38,593 bases of DNA from Bacteriovoracaceae bacterium (GTDB lineage: Bacteria > Bdellovibrionota > Bacteriovoracia > Bacteriovoracales > Bacteriovoracaceae): positions 1 to 38,593 of the forward strand of contig JBMYPC010000010.1 of the NCBI GenBank assembly GCA_049599895.1, given 5' to 3'. This document shows positions 1 to 10,226 of the stretch, piece after piece (position 1 is the first letter of the stretch; each line of letters starts with the position of its first letter). Under the pieces are notes generated by a model. The model was not told the DNA's origin. It saw only the letters and a list, made by a program, of their open reading frames with translations, and made no database searches. The translations under genes were made by a program, and so were the position numbers.

Positions 1-852
1 CTAATTGATAAAATTAAAGACGCTTCAAAAAAAGAAATTCTTTCACCTCATTATCCCTATGAAACAAAACTTATTCGTGCTGAGTACGAAAAAGATAAAA
101 AAGACCTTCAGGTCGAACTTGTTAAACTTCAAAGATTTATCAAACAAGAGGATCAAAGACTTATTATGGTCTTTGAAGGTCGAGATGCCGCGGGAAAAGG
201 AGGAACAATAAAGCGTTTCACTGAACATATTAATCCGAGAGGTGCAAGAGTTGTCGCCTTAGAAAAACCCACGGAAATAGAAAAGGGCCAGTGGTACTTT
301 CAAAGATACATTCATCACTTCCCTAGCGAAGGGGAAATCGTCTTTTTTGATCGCTCTTGGTACAACCGTGCAGGAGTTGAGAAAGTGATGAACTTTTGTA
401 GTGAAGATGAATATAAAAGTTTTGTCGATCATGTTCCAGAGTTTGAGGAGATGATCATCACAAGTGGAATTAAACTGGTTAAGTTTTGGTTTTCAGTTTC
501 ACCTGAAGAACAGCTAAGAAGATTCATCGGGCGACTTCTCGATCCTCTGAAGCAATGGAAAATCTCTCCTATGGATATTCAGTCCCTAGGAAAGTGGACA
601 GATTACACAGAGGCAAAAGAAAGTATGTTCTTTTACACAGATACGCCTGAGAGTCCATGGATCGTAATCAAAAGTGACTGCAAAAAAAGAGCGAGACTCA
701 ACGCCATGAGATACATCCTTTCACTTTACGACTACAAAGATAAAGATGAATCAGTGGTCAAAGGAATTGATAGTAAAATTTTGGGACCAGCTGATTCGAT
801 CTATGAATCCGATGAACTTGCTCATCGTGAGGTCTTGAAGGTCAAAAAATAA
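1..852 (+). CDS. ppk2: Polyphosphate kinase 2, 5' end outside the window
   Basis: Motifs FEGRDAAGKGGTIKRF, GQWYFQRY, FDRSWYNRAGVE and WKISPMD. The frame is open from base 1 (LIDKIK...YEKDKKDLQVELVKLQ), so the ATG at 166 is internal. Confidence 0.95.
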   Translation, partial: LIDKIKDASKKEILSPHYPYETKLIRAEYEKDKKDLQVELVKLQRFIKQEDQRLIMVFEGRDAAGKGGTIKRFTEHINPRGARVVALEKPTEIEKGQWYFQRYIHHFPSEGEIVFFDRSWYNRAGVEKVMNFCSEDEYKSFVDHVPEFEEMIITSGIKLVKFWFSVSPEEQLRRFIGRLLDPLKQWKISPMDIQSLGKWTDYTEAKESMFFYTDTPESPWIVIKSDCKKRARLNAMRYILSLYDYKDKDESVVKGIDSKILGPADSIYESDELAHREVLKVKK

Positions 853-1008
853 CTCTTTCAAAGACTTAGTAGATGTACGGCATCCAGACAGCTCTTTCAT
901 GTTTTCATAAAGACTTGTTTTAAATCTTAAAGATGCCATAAAGGACTAAGGCCTCTTTTAAGAGAAAGCCAATCCCTAAACAAACAATAGCAAGGACGAT
1001 AATCTTTT

Positions 1009-1767
1009 TCACCTCAAGATTGTCCCTCTTAAGCTTGCTACCTCAAAGTTATTATAGACTCTACGGATACACTTAGTATCCGTGGTGCTTTTTAAGATTT
1101 TATTGAGCGTGGAACTTCCATTATAAACTTCAAACTGAAAAGGAATTGAGCGAGGCAACCAACCAAGTTTTGACCAATAGTCTTTTCCTTGCTTTCGCCA
1201 ATCATAGTGCACACTCATGTGAAGATGCCTGTTATTAAGACCTGTCCAGCCAGTATTGCCTTCAAGACCAATAAGTTGTCCCTCTTGAACAAATTCATTA
1301 TTCTTTACATAAACTTTTTCAAGATGAGCATAAAAAAGAACATAGCCTTTTTGATTTAGAATCTTCACTTGATTTCCAAAGCCAGCCCCACACTTTGAAT
1401 TGTGTTCACGACATTCACTATGAATGATCGCCACTCCGCTTAATCCAGCGTAGATTTTTCCAGGATCTTCAAGATCCTTTGTTCTTAAATCAAGAGCATT
1501 CATCGCATTTAACCAAGCATGAGAGTGTTTTTTCTCTCCAGGCATATGAGGACCTTGGTCACATGTGACGATCCGAGATGAACTAAAAGGAAAACTTATC
1601 TTTGGATAAGGTAAGAGATATTTTTCAAAACAAATTGGCTGAGTCGGATCATTGAGAAAAATACAACGTTCGTTCTCATTACAACCAACCTGTGTAAGGT
1701 AATCACAGGCCATTGTCGCTTGTACTGAAAAGAAAAATAAGAGAAAAGCTTTTTTCATAAACAACAC
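1009..1767 (-). CDS. Secreted M23-family metallopeptidase
   Basis: Signal peptide, HxxxxxxxALDL, GFGNQVKI, YAHL, GQLIGLEGNTG and the HLH zinc motif. Confidence 0.85.
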   Translation of the reverse strand: MLFMKKAFLLFFFSVQATMACDYLTQVGCNENERCIFLNDPTQPICFEKYLLPYPKISFPFSSSRIVTCDQGPHMPGEKKHSHAWLNAMNALDLRTKDLEDPGKIYAGLSGVAIIHSECREHNSKCGAGFGNQVKILNQKGYVLFYAHLEKVYVKNNEFVQEGQLIGLEGNTGWTGLNNRHLHMSVHYDWRKQGKDYWSKLGWLPRSIPFQFEVYNGSSTLNKILKSTTDTKCIRRVYNNFEVASLRGTILR

Positions 1768-1987
1768 TTCTTATACTTCTTCCCTGATCCATAGGGGCAC
1801 TGACTCATATGTTGATCCTTGACTTGTTCAAATTAAGACTAGTTGCGTTAACGCAATCTATCAAGAGCTCCTTGCTCAATATGAAGATTCTATAGGGTCG
1901 TTAGGAAAGTTATCGATTTCCTGTTAATTTTTTGGAAAATTGAGTGAAATTAAAACAAGCTCTGATAAAACGAAATAAAGCTCGTCT

Positions 1988-2317
1988 TTAACCACCTATC
2001 TTTTTAAATTTAAGGTTTCGCTTTTGAAGAAGCTCGATCACCTGATCAAGCTTCTCTCCGTGCACTTCAATAAAGTCCTTTTTATAGGCCCCACCAACAC
2101 CAAGCTTCTTTTTAAGCTCTGAAGCAAGCTTCTTACACCAAGCCTTGCTTGAAGGAAGATTAGAAAGTTCAATAATAACTCGACCTTTGCCAGAACTAAG
2201 CCTTCTGAGATGTATTTCAAGCCCATCTTCATTAACACTCTCAGACTTTCCTTGGTTTTTTTTGTTCTTTCGAAGATCACCACCCTCACTTGACCAAACT
2301 AAGTCGCTATCACTCAT
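1988..2317 (-). CDS. yciH: SUI1/YciH translation initiation factor family
   Basis: LASELKKKLGVGGAYK...IEVHGE and C-terminal KKIGG are typical of SUI1. Confidence 0.9.
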   Translation of the reverse strand: MSDSDLVWSSEGGDLRKNKKNQGKSESVNEDGLEIHLRRLSSGKGRVIIELSNLPSSKAWCKKLASELKKKLGVGGAYKKDFIEVHGEKLDQVIELLQKRNLKFKKIGG

Positions 2318-2329
2318 AAATTTCCCTCA

Positions 2330-2385
2330 AACTTAAGGTTTTAAACATTTTTTCAAAACTGAAAAAATGTTTAAAACCTTAAGTT
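2330..2385. repeat. Perfect 26-bp inverted repeat with a 4-nt loop
   Basis: AACTTAAGGTTTTAAACATTTTTTCA-AAAC-TGAAAAAATGTTTAAAACCTTAAGTT. Confidence 0.95.
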
Positions 2386-2439
2386 ATCGAAAGAAACTTC
2401 TCGTGAACAGAATTTTTTCTCGTAAACGGAAAAACTGCT

Positions 2440-2567
2440 GAGAGAATGAAAAAACCTTCGTATCTACTGAAGCAGATCTTATCGTCTTTCCAGAGTGCTC
2501 TCTTTCAGGCTTAGTTTTTCAGGGTCTGTGGGTAAGATCAAGCTGTATTCAACACTTCACTCTCTGA
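2440..2567 (+). pseudogene. Carbon-nitrogen hydrolase (nitrilase family) remnant
   Basis: One frame reads STEADLIVFPECSLSG, matching the nitrilase DLIVFPE catalytic-Glu motif. There is no intact ORF. Confidence 0.55.
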
Positions 2568-2627
2568 CTCTATAAGTTCTACACAGTGACCCGCATCTCA
2601 TTTCAAGATCAAGGAGTTTAAGATAGC

Positions 2628-3656
2628 TTGGCTACAATGATAAAATTATTAGCCATTCTCTTCCTCTTTCTATGCTTCCAAGGCCATGCAATCATGGTTG
2701 ACGACAATTACAAAGAGAACTTCAATGACTTGGTCATCCCTCACTTTCAATCAGGCGAGAGTCGATTCTTTTCCTATATTGATCAAAACAATGAACAGTC
2801 TCGTGAACAAATGCACTTTCATCATTTCCCTAATGCAAAAAAATCAATTCTTGTTATCGTTCCTGGTACGTCAGAGCCATCTTCAAACTATGCAGAATTA
2901 ATTTATGATCTTAGGACGGATTACGAAATTTATATTCTTGATCTTCCTGGACAAGGACTTTCTTACACAACGGATAATCAAAAAATTAATATTTCTGATT
3001 TTGAAACCTACACAAGAAACTTCAGACACTTCATCAATAATGTTGTGGCCTTTGAAAACAACTCTCAAAAAGACATCTTTATCCTTGCCCATAGCTTAGG
3101 TGGGCTTATCGCTGCCGATTACCTAAGCCTTAATAACCAAGTCATAAAAAAAGCAATTCTCACGGCCCCTATGATGAGAATCAAAAAGAGTTGGCACCAA
3201 GAACTGTATGACTTTATCGTGATCCCTCGCTTTGCAAAAACAAAAACCGATCAATATGCTTCGAAATGGAAAGAGTTTAATGCTGATCCAGACTTAGAAA
3301 TGCCAGGTCTTGGAACCTCTTCATCTGAGAGATGGTGGTCAAAAAGAACCTTTCTCTTAGAGAACCTTGAAACCACAAGGGGCGGGCCGACATGGGGCTG
3401 GGTTCATGGAATGTGGAAAGTCACTCAAAAGAAGGCGCTCAAAAAGCTTAAAACAGACACTCCTCACCTGCTTTTTCAAGCAGGTGATGAAAGGTATGTC
3501 GGAAATGCTGGTCAAAAGTATTTCTGTAATAAAGTGAACCCTGACAGCTGTACTTTTAAACAGTCAGAGTTCGAAGAAGCAAGACATGCTATTTTTCATG
3601 AATCAGATGAGTATAGAAACAAAGCAATCGAGATTCTTCTCGATTACTTTAAGTAG
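2628..3656 (+). CDS. Secreted alpha/beta hydrolase, lysophospholipase L2 (PldB)-like
   Basis: Signal peptide, DLPGQGLS, AHSLGG nucleophile elbow, GGPTWGWV, QAGDE and ARHAIFHE. Confidence 0.85.
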   Translation: MATMIKLLAILFLFLCFQGHAIMVDDNYKENFNDLVIPHFQSGESRFFSYIDQNNEQSREQMHFHHFPNAKKSILVIVPGTSEPSSNYAELIYDLRTDYEIYILDLPGQGLSYTTDNQKINISDFETYTRNFRHFINNVVAFENNSQKDIFILAHSLGGLIAADYLSLNNQVIKKAILTAPMMRIKKSWHQELYDFIVIPRFAKTKTDQYASKWKEFNADPDLEMPGLGTSSSERWWSKRTFLLENLETTRGGPTWGWVHGMWKVTQKKALKKLKTDTPHLLFQAGDERYVGNAGQKYFCNKVNPDSCTFKQSEFEEARHAIFHESDEYRNKAIEILLDYFK

Positions 3657-3662
3657 TTTTTT

Positions 3663-5639
3663 CTAGAACGCATCCGCAAAGAAAACGTCCGTCACATCAC
3701 CAATTTTCACATCTTTTGATTTATCAGAGCTAAAGTACTTAAACTTTGATTTACCTTGATGTTTCGCACGGTCTTTAATGGTGATACGAAAACTCTTATC
3801 AACGTTAAGTGAGATTTCAAAGATATTCTTCTCTCCTAACTTCATAAGCTCATCAGGAGAGCTATAACCATCACCATTTTTATCTTTCCAAAGAACAAGT
3901 CTTGAGAAGACCTCATCGTTTTTATTGATTACTCCGTCTTTGTTTCCATCATGTTCTTCAAGAATGTCAAAACCATCATAAGAAAGAACATTGTTTCCAA
4001 ATAATTGCTTTGCGTGAGTCACTCCTCTTTCTGGGTTCTCTTTATCGAGTTGGGCGAGGAAATAACCATGGTGGTTTGCTTCTGGCCAATAAGTCTTTAC
4101 TCCATCTTTATCACGTCTTAGAAAATCACTTCGATTAGAGTATTGAGGATGCTTGTAATCAAAGAAGAGCATTAATGGTGAATGATAACCACCACAGTAT
4201 CCATCTTGTCCTGGAAATGAAGCCGTAATTCTTACGAAATCTCCGTATTGGCTATCAGAATAGCTCACTCGCGACTTCACACTTTTCATCTGACCGTCAT
4301 AACCAATGTAACTTCTTGGAGATAAGCCTGTACCCGTTTGATCAAAGCGAAGAGAAACATTTCCACTCAAATCAAGAGAGTCTGAAAGTTTTGCTTTCAT
4401 CACACCTCTTTGACAAGCTGTCACGTTCGCTTTACTTCCATTTAATTCACACTCAGCGAGGGCCGGATCTGTTGAGTCAGGAGTCCATGCCATTTTCTCA
4501 ACTCCACCGCTTCTGGCACTGGCAATATTAGAACTGTTTGCAGCATCTGGAGAAATCCCTTTAGCAGCAAGAAGACACATTGATGTACATTGCTCAACAG
4601 GATTTGAATCACCGAAGATCGCAAGCTTCGCATTCAGTTTACTTTCATAGTTACAATTATTGATTGTGGTTAGAATTTGATTTCTAAGGTTACCTCCGAA
4701 ACGGTGGTAAATGTTCCAATATGAAGCATAGGAAGTCCCTTCAAGGCAGAGCTTACTCTTTGGGAAAATTCCTGAAACAAGTTTCTTTAAATAATCATTG
4801 CCTTGGCTGTTAGCAGGATTAATGTTTACAGAATCGATTTTTCTTCCTTGTAAGCCACAAGCAAATGTACAGTTTGCAACAGTTCGACACTGATGCCTTT
4901 CATTATCGTTGTTAACACCACCACAAACATTTTTTGCGAGTTGGTCAAAATGGTCTGAATACTGGGCCATATTACAACGAGCAGCTAAAGATCCCTTTTT
5001 TCTAAAAAGGTCGTCATAAAGATTATTAAGTTCAGTCTTATGGTGAGAATTCCACTTATCAGTCATTTTGTTTTCAGCGGTGGAGAATTGATTGATAAAT
5101 GAGAATGAACTTCCTTCAATAAAGTCGATTAGATTTGTGTTCTCAGCAATTTCATTTGAGAGAGAGTCTCCACTTCCTTTTGTAAAACTTGGAACTGAAA
5201 TACCAAGAGCAGCACATGAATCAAAAGAATCACATTGGGTATCACAGAGTTTTTTATGCTGAGCACTCAAGCTACAAAAATCATTACATGAAACTTGAAA
5301 GAATGGCTGAATTCTTTCATAGACAACATTATCATGTCTTCTTCCACGCATCGGAAATCTTCCAGGGAAAGAAGCGACAAAATTACTTCCGCCTACCGAA
5401 ATAGTGGTGTTTACTTTTCCATTTGGAGACAGTGGGTTTACGGTTCCTCTATTATTTTGACCAAAGCATTGAGCCTCATAAATAAGACCCGTCATATATG
5501 TAGGCATTGACCGTTCACTAGGTTGAATATCCCCTGCTCCAGATGAAACCCCTGATGGCATAACATTCGTCTCACCATAGGCTTCAAAACAAAGAAAGAG
5601 ACCAATCACAAGTAGTTTCGATAATCGCTTCATAAGCAT
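3663..5639 (-). CDS. Secreted Cys-rich protein with a C-terminal Ca-binding (DxNxDG) domain, putative pilus-associated adhesin
   Basis: Signal peptide, about 19 Cys, GGYHSPLMLFFD, and HDGNKDGVINKND...LWKDKNGDG. Last gene of the pilin operon. Confidence 0.6.
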   Translation of the reverse strand: MLMKRLSKLLVIGLFLCFEAYGETNVMPSGVSSGAGDIQPSERSMPTYMTGLIYEAQCFGQNNRGTVNPLSPNGKVNTTISVGGSNFVASFPGRFPMRGRRHDNVVYERIQPFFQVSCNDFCSLSAQHKKLCDTQCDSFDSCAALGISVPSFTKGSGDSLSNEIAENTNLIDFIEGSSFSFINQFSTAENKMTDKWNSHHKTELNNLYDDLFRKKGSLAARCNMAQYSDHFDQLAKNVCGGVNNDNERHQCRTVANCTFACGLQGRKIDSVNINPANSQGNDYLKKLVSGIFPKSKLCLEGTSYASYWNIYHRFGGNLRNQILTTINNCNYESKLNAKLAIFGDSNPVEQCTSMCLLAAKGISPDAANSSNIASARSGGVEKMAWTPDSTDPALAECELNGSKANVTACQRGVMKAKLSDSLDLSGNVSLRFDQTGTGLSPRSYIGYDGQMKSVKSRVSYSDSQYGDFVRITASFPGQDGYCGGYHSPLMLFFDYKHPQYSNRSDFLRRDKDGVKTYWPEANHHGYFLAQLDKENPERGVTHAKQLFGNNVLSYDGFDILEEHDGNKDGVINKNDEVFSRLVLWKDKNGDGYSSPDELMKLGEKNIFEISLNVDKSFRITIKDRAKHQGKSKFKYFSSDKSKDVKIGDVTDVFFADAF

Positions 5640-5666
5640 TCCTAAGATTAGGTTTAAGGCGTCTTT

Positions 5667-6716
5667 TTAATTTCTCATTCTATTTTCAACAGTTTTAAGA
5701 GTTACCGCAAAGGAAACAACGGCTTCGGAGCTTCTCTTTCTATAAAATCGTACACTTAGAACATTGTCGATAAGTCCCATCCGTCCCCAATTTGTGCCAT
5801 CTTTACTTGTCAGTCTGATTAATGTGAAGTTTTCTTTACCTTTTGAGTCTGTTCTTTTCTCAAGTTGATAACGAACAAGTCGAACGGGAGAAGTTTTGAC
5901 TCGAGGAAGCCCATGCCCTGGTAAGCACTGAAAAAACTCATTTATATTCGAAATCGATGGCATCGCTTGGCAATGATCAGTCATTGTTTCATAGATCCCT
6001 GTGTTATAAAGTGTGTCTGAATTGAGGTTATAGATCACCCCATAGTTTTTTAACTTGCCATCTTTATAGAGACTACTCGCAGATTGAAACTTATAAAGTC
6101 CATTCCCTTTCAGTCCGGCATTTTCGATCTCTGTGCTCAGTCGCGCTTTCTTAAAATCATTTGGCCCAACATCATAAAATTTAGCGGGATCAAGTATGTC
6201 CGAATCTTTCTCAGAGGACTTATCATAGATCAAAAATTCAAAATGATTGCCCTCATCACTAAGCTCGATCTCAACTCCTTGACAATAGTTTTTCCCAGTA
6301 AGAAACCAGAAGTCTAGTTCTGTCATTGCAGATGGAACCGGCACACAATAATCAAGTCTTTCAGAACGGCCTTTGATCTGTTCTTTTTCTTCATCAGTTA
6401 AGGAATCACCTTTAGTCTCTTCCGCTGCGGCATAGATCTTTTCAAGGTCATTTTCGAGTTCGTAAAACTTTCCTTTAGCATTCAAAAAGAAAAAGCTTGG
6501 TGAAGAGAGTCTCAAATCTTTAAAGACAATGGTTCTTCCAAGCATTTCTTCACTCAGCTGTTTTTGTTTTCCTGAAACGAAGTTGAGAAGCTTTGTATTA
6601 TCACCTACAACAAATAATGCCCCTCCAACAATGATAGAGGAAATAGCAGTTGCAATTAGCATCTCCATCAAGGAGAAGCCACGTTCAGTTTTTAATAGAC
6701 GAGTTATACTTTTCAT
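5667..6716 (-). CDS. Prepilin-type N-terminal cleavage/methylation protein (PilW/GspJ-like)
   Basis: ERG|FSLMEMLIA class III signal peptide with Glu5. Confidence 0.85.
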   Translation of the reverse strand: MKSITRLLKTERGFSLMEMLIATAISSIIVGGALFVVGDNTKLLNFVSGKQKQLSEEMLGRTIVFKDLRLSSPSFFFLNAKGKFYELENDLEKIYAAAEETKGDSLTDEEKEQIKGRSERLDYCVPVPSAMTELDFWFLTGKNYCQGVEIELSDEGNHFEFLIYDKSSEKDSDILDPAKFYDVGPNDFKKARLSTEIENAGLKGNGLYKFQSASSLYKDGKLKNYGVIYNLNSDTLYNTGIYETMTDHCQAMPSISNINEFFQCLPGHGLPRVKTSPVRLVRYQLEKRTDSKGKENFTLIRLTSKDGTNWGRMGLIDNVLSVRFYRKRSSEAVVSFAVTLKTVENRMRN

Positions 6717-6721
6717 TTGAA

Positions 6722-7183
6722 CTACTGACTCCCTACTATACGTGTATAGGATCGCATTTTGACTTCCCCTGGAAAATCAGGGTGATAAAATGTGACATAG
6801 AGGTAATAGATCCCCCCATGGCCTTCCACTGGTTTAAAAATGAAATCATAACGGCCTTTACACTCTGGACATTTATCGACGGTCGTATTTTGTCCCTCTT
6901 TATCCCAGGCCATAGCAAAGTTATTAGGATTGGCAAGATACTCCTGTGCATCCACGTTTGTGAGATCCACTTGGTAACGATCAGCATTTGAAACTAAAAC
7001 TCCAATGATACTTGAAGCAAGATTGACTCTCGCATCCTGAGTTTGAGCTTGATTAATATCTTTAAGAGCGACACCAATTCCCTTCGCTGCAAAAACCCCA
7101 ATAATCGATAAGATGACTGAAGCAATGATAACTTCAACGAGACTGAAACCTTCGCTATTAAGGATCTTTTTCACATCTTTCAT
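6722..7183 (-). CDS. Prepilin-type minor pilin (PilV/GspI-like)
   Basis: SEG|FSLVEVIIA leader, 153 aa, C-terminal Cys pair. Confidence 0.85.
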   Translation of the reverse strand: MKDVKKILNSEGFSLVEVIIASVILSIIGVFAAKGIGVALKDINQAQTQDARVNLASSIIGVLVSNADRYQVDLTNVDAQEYLANPNNFAMAWDKEGQNTTVDKCPECKGRYDFIFKPVEGHGGIYYLYVTFYHPDFPGEVKMRSYTRIVGSQ

Positions 7184-10017
7184 CGAGAAATCCTTTCACT
7201 AAGAACAGTTGAGTTGAAGGCCCTATAGAGTCCCTGAGGAGTACAATTATGAAGAGTCCCCACCGTTTCATCCTGACCACATTCAGGATAAAAGCTTGTC
7301 CAGCGAAATGGATCGGCAATTCGCATAAGATAACTTGGACTACATTCTTGCATTTTAATATACTGAGCACTATTAACAGCGGGGTTTGATCCATCACCAT
7401 AAACATGCCAAAAAGGTGATGAAGGATCGGCTTTACAGTCATTTCTTAAAATGTCGTTATTTCTTAAGTGCTCAATAGCACTGGGGTGAAGAATACTACT
7501 CCACTGAATTCCTGCTCGAATAGCCGACTCATCAATTTCAAGTTGATCAACAACAATAGTTCCAACGATTCTTAAAGGCTGGGTTCTTGGCTCAATCACA
7601 AATCGGCGACAAATAAGAAAACCAAAGACAGTTTCTGTTCCACTTTTAATAGAACATTTATCCACAACAGAATATGTATGAAAGAGGTTATCGTTGTGAC
7701 TATCAATAATCAGAATGTTTCCATATTTTGAATCACCAGAAGACTTTGAATAAAGAGTCTCATAACTTGAAAGAGATGATCCCGAAAATGGGTTGTATTG
7801 AAAATCATAACTTATAGGATTGAAGTTCCAAGAATGAAAAGCTTTATTTTGATAGTCAGTTCCCAGAGAAACAATTCGGTACTCATCAAGATCGATGGAA
7901 GGGCAATCTGTCGCTGAAGAAAATGATTCGTCAGATAAAAATTCTGATTCCCAGCTTGATAAGCTCACAATACTTGGACTATCAAGTCTTCCCCAATTAG
8001 CTGAGACAGTGCTGCTTCCCGATGATGTATAGTCTAAGAGATTATTATCAATAATTGTTACAGATGCATTCAAATCGTTAAAGTCTGATGTCTTAAGAGC
8101 AAACGTTCTCATTTCTTTTAGCGAAGGAGGAACCTCAATATTTGGACCTTTATCGGTAGGACAAGGTGTCGATGACCCACAAATATTGTCATAAACTTGA
8201 AACTGGAGTTTAAAGAGGGTCTGATCTGCACTTGGAGACCCTCCCCCAGCAGGAACAGTATAATCATTGGCAATGATCCAACGCCATTTAGATAGTGACC
8301 CACCAGATACATCAACTCGAGCAGTAACTTTTATTCTCGAAGGATGGGCATCCCCAGTTGATGGGATTGAAACCTCTTCAGTTTTAAGAACAAGGACCAC
8401 TTCAGGCTTAACCTGAACTCCTACGTGAGCATTCCCTGAAACTGAATTTGCTTCGAGTGTTGAAACCTCACTACTTTTAAGAGCAATAAGATCCGTTAAA
8501 CGAATTTGGACTTCTTCGTTTCGACTTAAACCAACGCTTTTCTCATTAAGATTTGAAAGATCAAAAGGAGCTTCAAAAAGACTCGGAGTAAGAGAAACAC
8601 TATTTGGCTCTTCAGCGGTCAGAAACTTAAAGACGATTGCATTTGATGAGTGTGGATTGACAGGCGTCTTAAGAACTTTTTCATTTGTTTTTGCAAGAGT
8701 TCCATCTAGAGGATCGTAAGGAGGAGAAGTTGGTGGGGACCCTGCTGCAGGTGGAGGATTGGCGGGAGTGAAAACGGCATCCAGTGCAGTGTTACCTGTA
8801 AACTCATTAATAGAAGATCCAGCGGCAATAGGATCAAACTTATTAAGCTCAGATAGGCCAATTTCAATTTGATTATTATGAATTTTTCGAGCGAGCACTC
8901 TTGAATTGGCATTACTTGAATCAAGCACTGATTTTTCTTCAAAAGCAGCACACTTTTTCAATTTGTCATTGGCAGGATCTGATACCGAACTTGCATCCAC
9001 TGGTTCAAACTGAAAAACATATTCAAGTGCAGATTGATAAGGAACAGACTTAAGTCCTCCTTTAAAACCTCTAAAACCAGAATAATCGGCAATAGAAAAC
9101 TTTCCTCTTTCAGCAGAAAGTGGGAAGGCCACACTACTTCCTGTTTTATAAGTTAATAATGATTTTCCATAAAGAACCGGGGCCTTAAAGACAACATCGA
9201 TTTCTCGAGGACTAGTAGAATCAGGAAAGTGTAGATTGCCATTAACCCAAACTGGTGAATGGAATGTTATTCCCGAATCTGCCGTAAAACTTGTTTCTTT
9301 GAGTTTATTTGTACTTCGCGTTCTATAATTGTTTTTATCAACTGAGTATTCTTCGTTACCGATGAGAAGATCTCGGTTCAGAACAAGCCCAAATGTATTG
9401 AGCATCTGTGGAGCAAAAAGAACTTTTGCCTCTCCTGAGATCACCTTTGAGTTTGAAAAATCATAAAGAGAAACAGAGACCTTCACGTGAAACTGATCAT
9501 CAATCAAAGCATCTGCAGGAACCTCATACTTAATCTTCGCCTTTTGAATTTTGACTTTTTCACTGTTCATAAGAACACGCATCGGATGCGTTTCAAGAAG
9601 AGGAGCCGAATTATTAAGAGTAAAACTTAGCTGGCTTAGTCTCACTGTTTGGTTCGTAACGGCAGAGCAACCAGGGCTTAAAGCACAATGAATGGCCTTC
9701 CCTGCATCAGGAGTAAGGAGCAGCCTGGCAAGATAACCATCATTCTCCCAGTCCTCCCCTGCCTCACACTCATCATTGATTGTTCCATTACTTAAATTGA
9801 TACATTTTCTTTTCTTTAAAAGATTTCCAGCATAGGCGAAAAATCCAGTCATCATCGACTCTGACATCACATTTTTTGTGGCAAAGGAAGCTGTCTTTTG
9901 ATTTTGGGTATTGGCCATAAAATAGGTAATGCCACCCATAATGACTGAGCCAAAAAGGACTGTGAAAAGTAAAGTTGAACCTGTATTTGAACGTATGTTT
10001 TCTCTAGTCACTGGCAC
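7180..10017 (-). CDS. Large PilX/GspK-like pilin with an extended extracellular domain
   Basis: NTG|STLLFTVLFG hydrophobic helix lacking Glu5, as in PilX/GspK. ATGA overlap with the next pilin gene. Confidence 0.65.
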   Translation of the reverse strand: MPVTRENIRSNTGSTLLFTVLFGSVIMGGITYFMANTQNQKTASFATKNVMSESMMTGFFAYAGNLLKKRKCINLSNGTINDECEAGEDWENDGYLARLLLTPDAGKAIHCALSPGCSAVTNQTVRLSQLSFTLNNSAPLLETHPMRVLMNSEKVKIQKAKIKYEVPADALIDDQFHVKVSVSLYDFSNSKVISGEAKVLFAPQMLNTFGLVLNRDLLIGNEEYSVDKNNYRTRSTNKLKETSFTADSGITFHSPVWVNGNLHFPDSTSPREIDVVFKAPVLYGKSLLTYKTGSSVAFPLSAERGKFSIADYSGFRGFKGGLKSVPYQSALEYVFQFEPVDASSVSDPANDKLKKCAAFEEKSVLDSSNANSRVLARKIHNNQIEIGLSELNKFDPIAAGSSINEFTGNTALDAVFTPANPPPAAGSPPTSPPYDPLDGTLAKTNEKVLKTPVNPHSSNAIVFKFLTAEEPNSVSLTPSLFEAPFDLSNLNEKSVGLSRNEEVQIRLTDLIALKSSEVSTLEANSVSGNAHVGVQVKPEVVLVLKTEEVSIPSTGDAHPSRIKVTARVDVSGGSLSKWRWIIANDYTVPAGGGSPSADQTLFKLQFQVYDNICGSSTPCPTDKGPNIEVPPSLKEMRTFALKTSDFNDLNASVTIIDNNLLDYTSSGSSTVSANWGRLDSPSIVSLSSWESEFLSDESFSSATDCPSIDLDEYRIVSLGTDYQNKAFHSWNFNPISYDFQYNPFSGSSLSSYETLYSKSSGDSKYGNILIIDSHNDNLFHTYSVVDKCSIKSGTETVFGFLICRRFVIEPRTQPLRIVGTIVVDQLEIDESAIRAGIQWSSILHPSAIEHLRNNDILRNDCKADPSSPFWHVYGDGSNPAVNSAQYIKMQECSPSYLMRIADPFRWTSFYPECGQDETVGTLHNCTPQGLYRAFNSTVLSERISR

Positions 10018-10226
10018 GTAAACCTTGGTTTTCTACATTTTGTCGCTATTTATTAATTGTAACTTCATCCCCTTAAATGACAACAACTTATTCATATTTC
10101 AGTGACTTAGATTAGTTGATAGCGGCATTTTCTTTTGCCAAAAACAAAGTATTCTCATCAAGCTTTTCAATTGAGATAGCTGTGATAGGATTCCCCTCTA
10201 AAAATCAATCAGAAAAAGGTGACTTA

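Noticed and set aside
1..852. ppk2 as part of the VTC polyphosphate cluster
   Set aside because: About 31 kb away with unrelated genes between, so there is no evidence of linkage.
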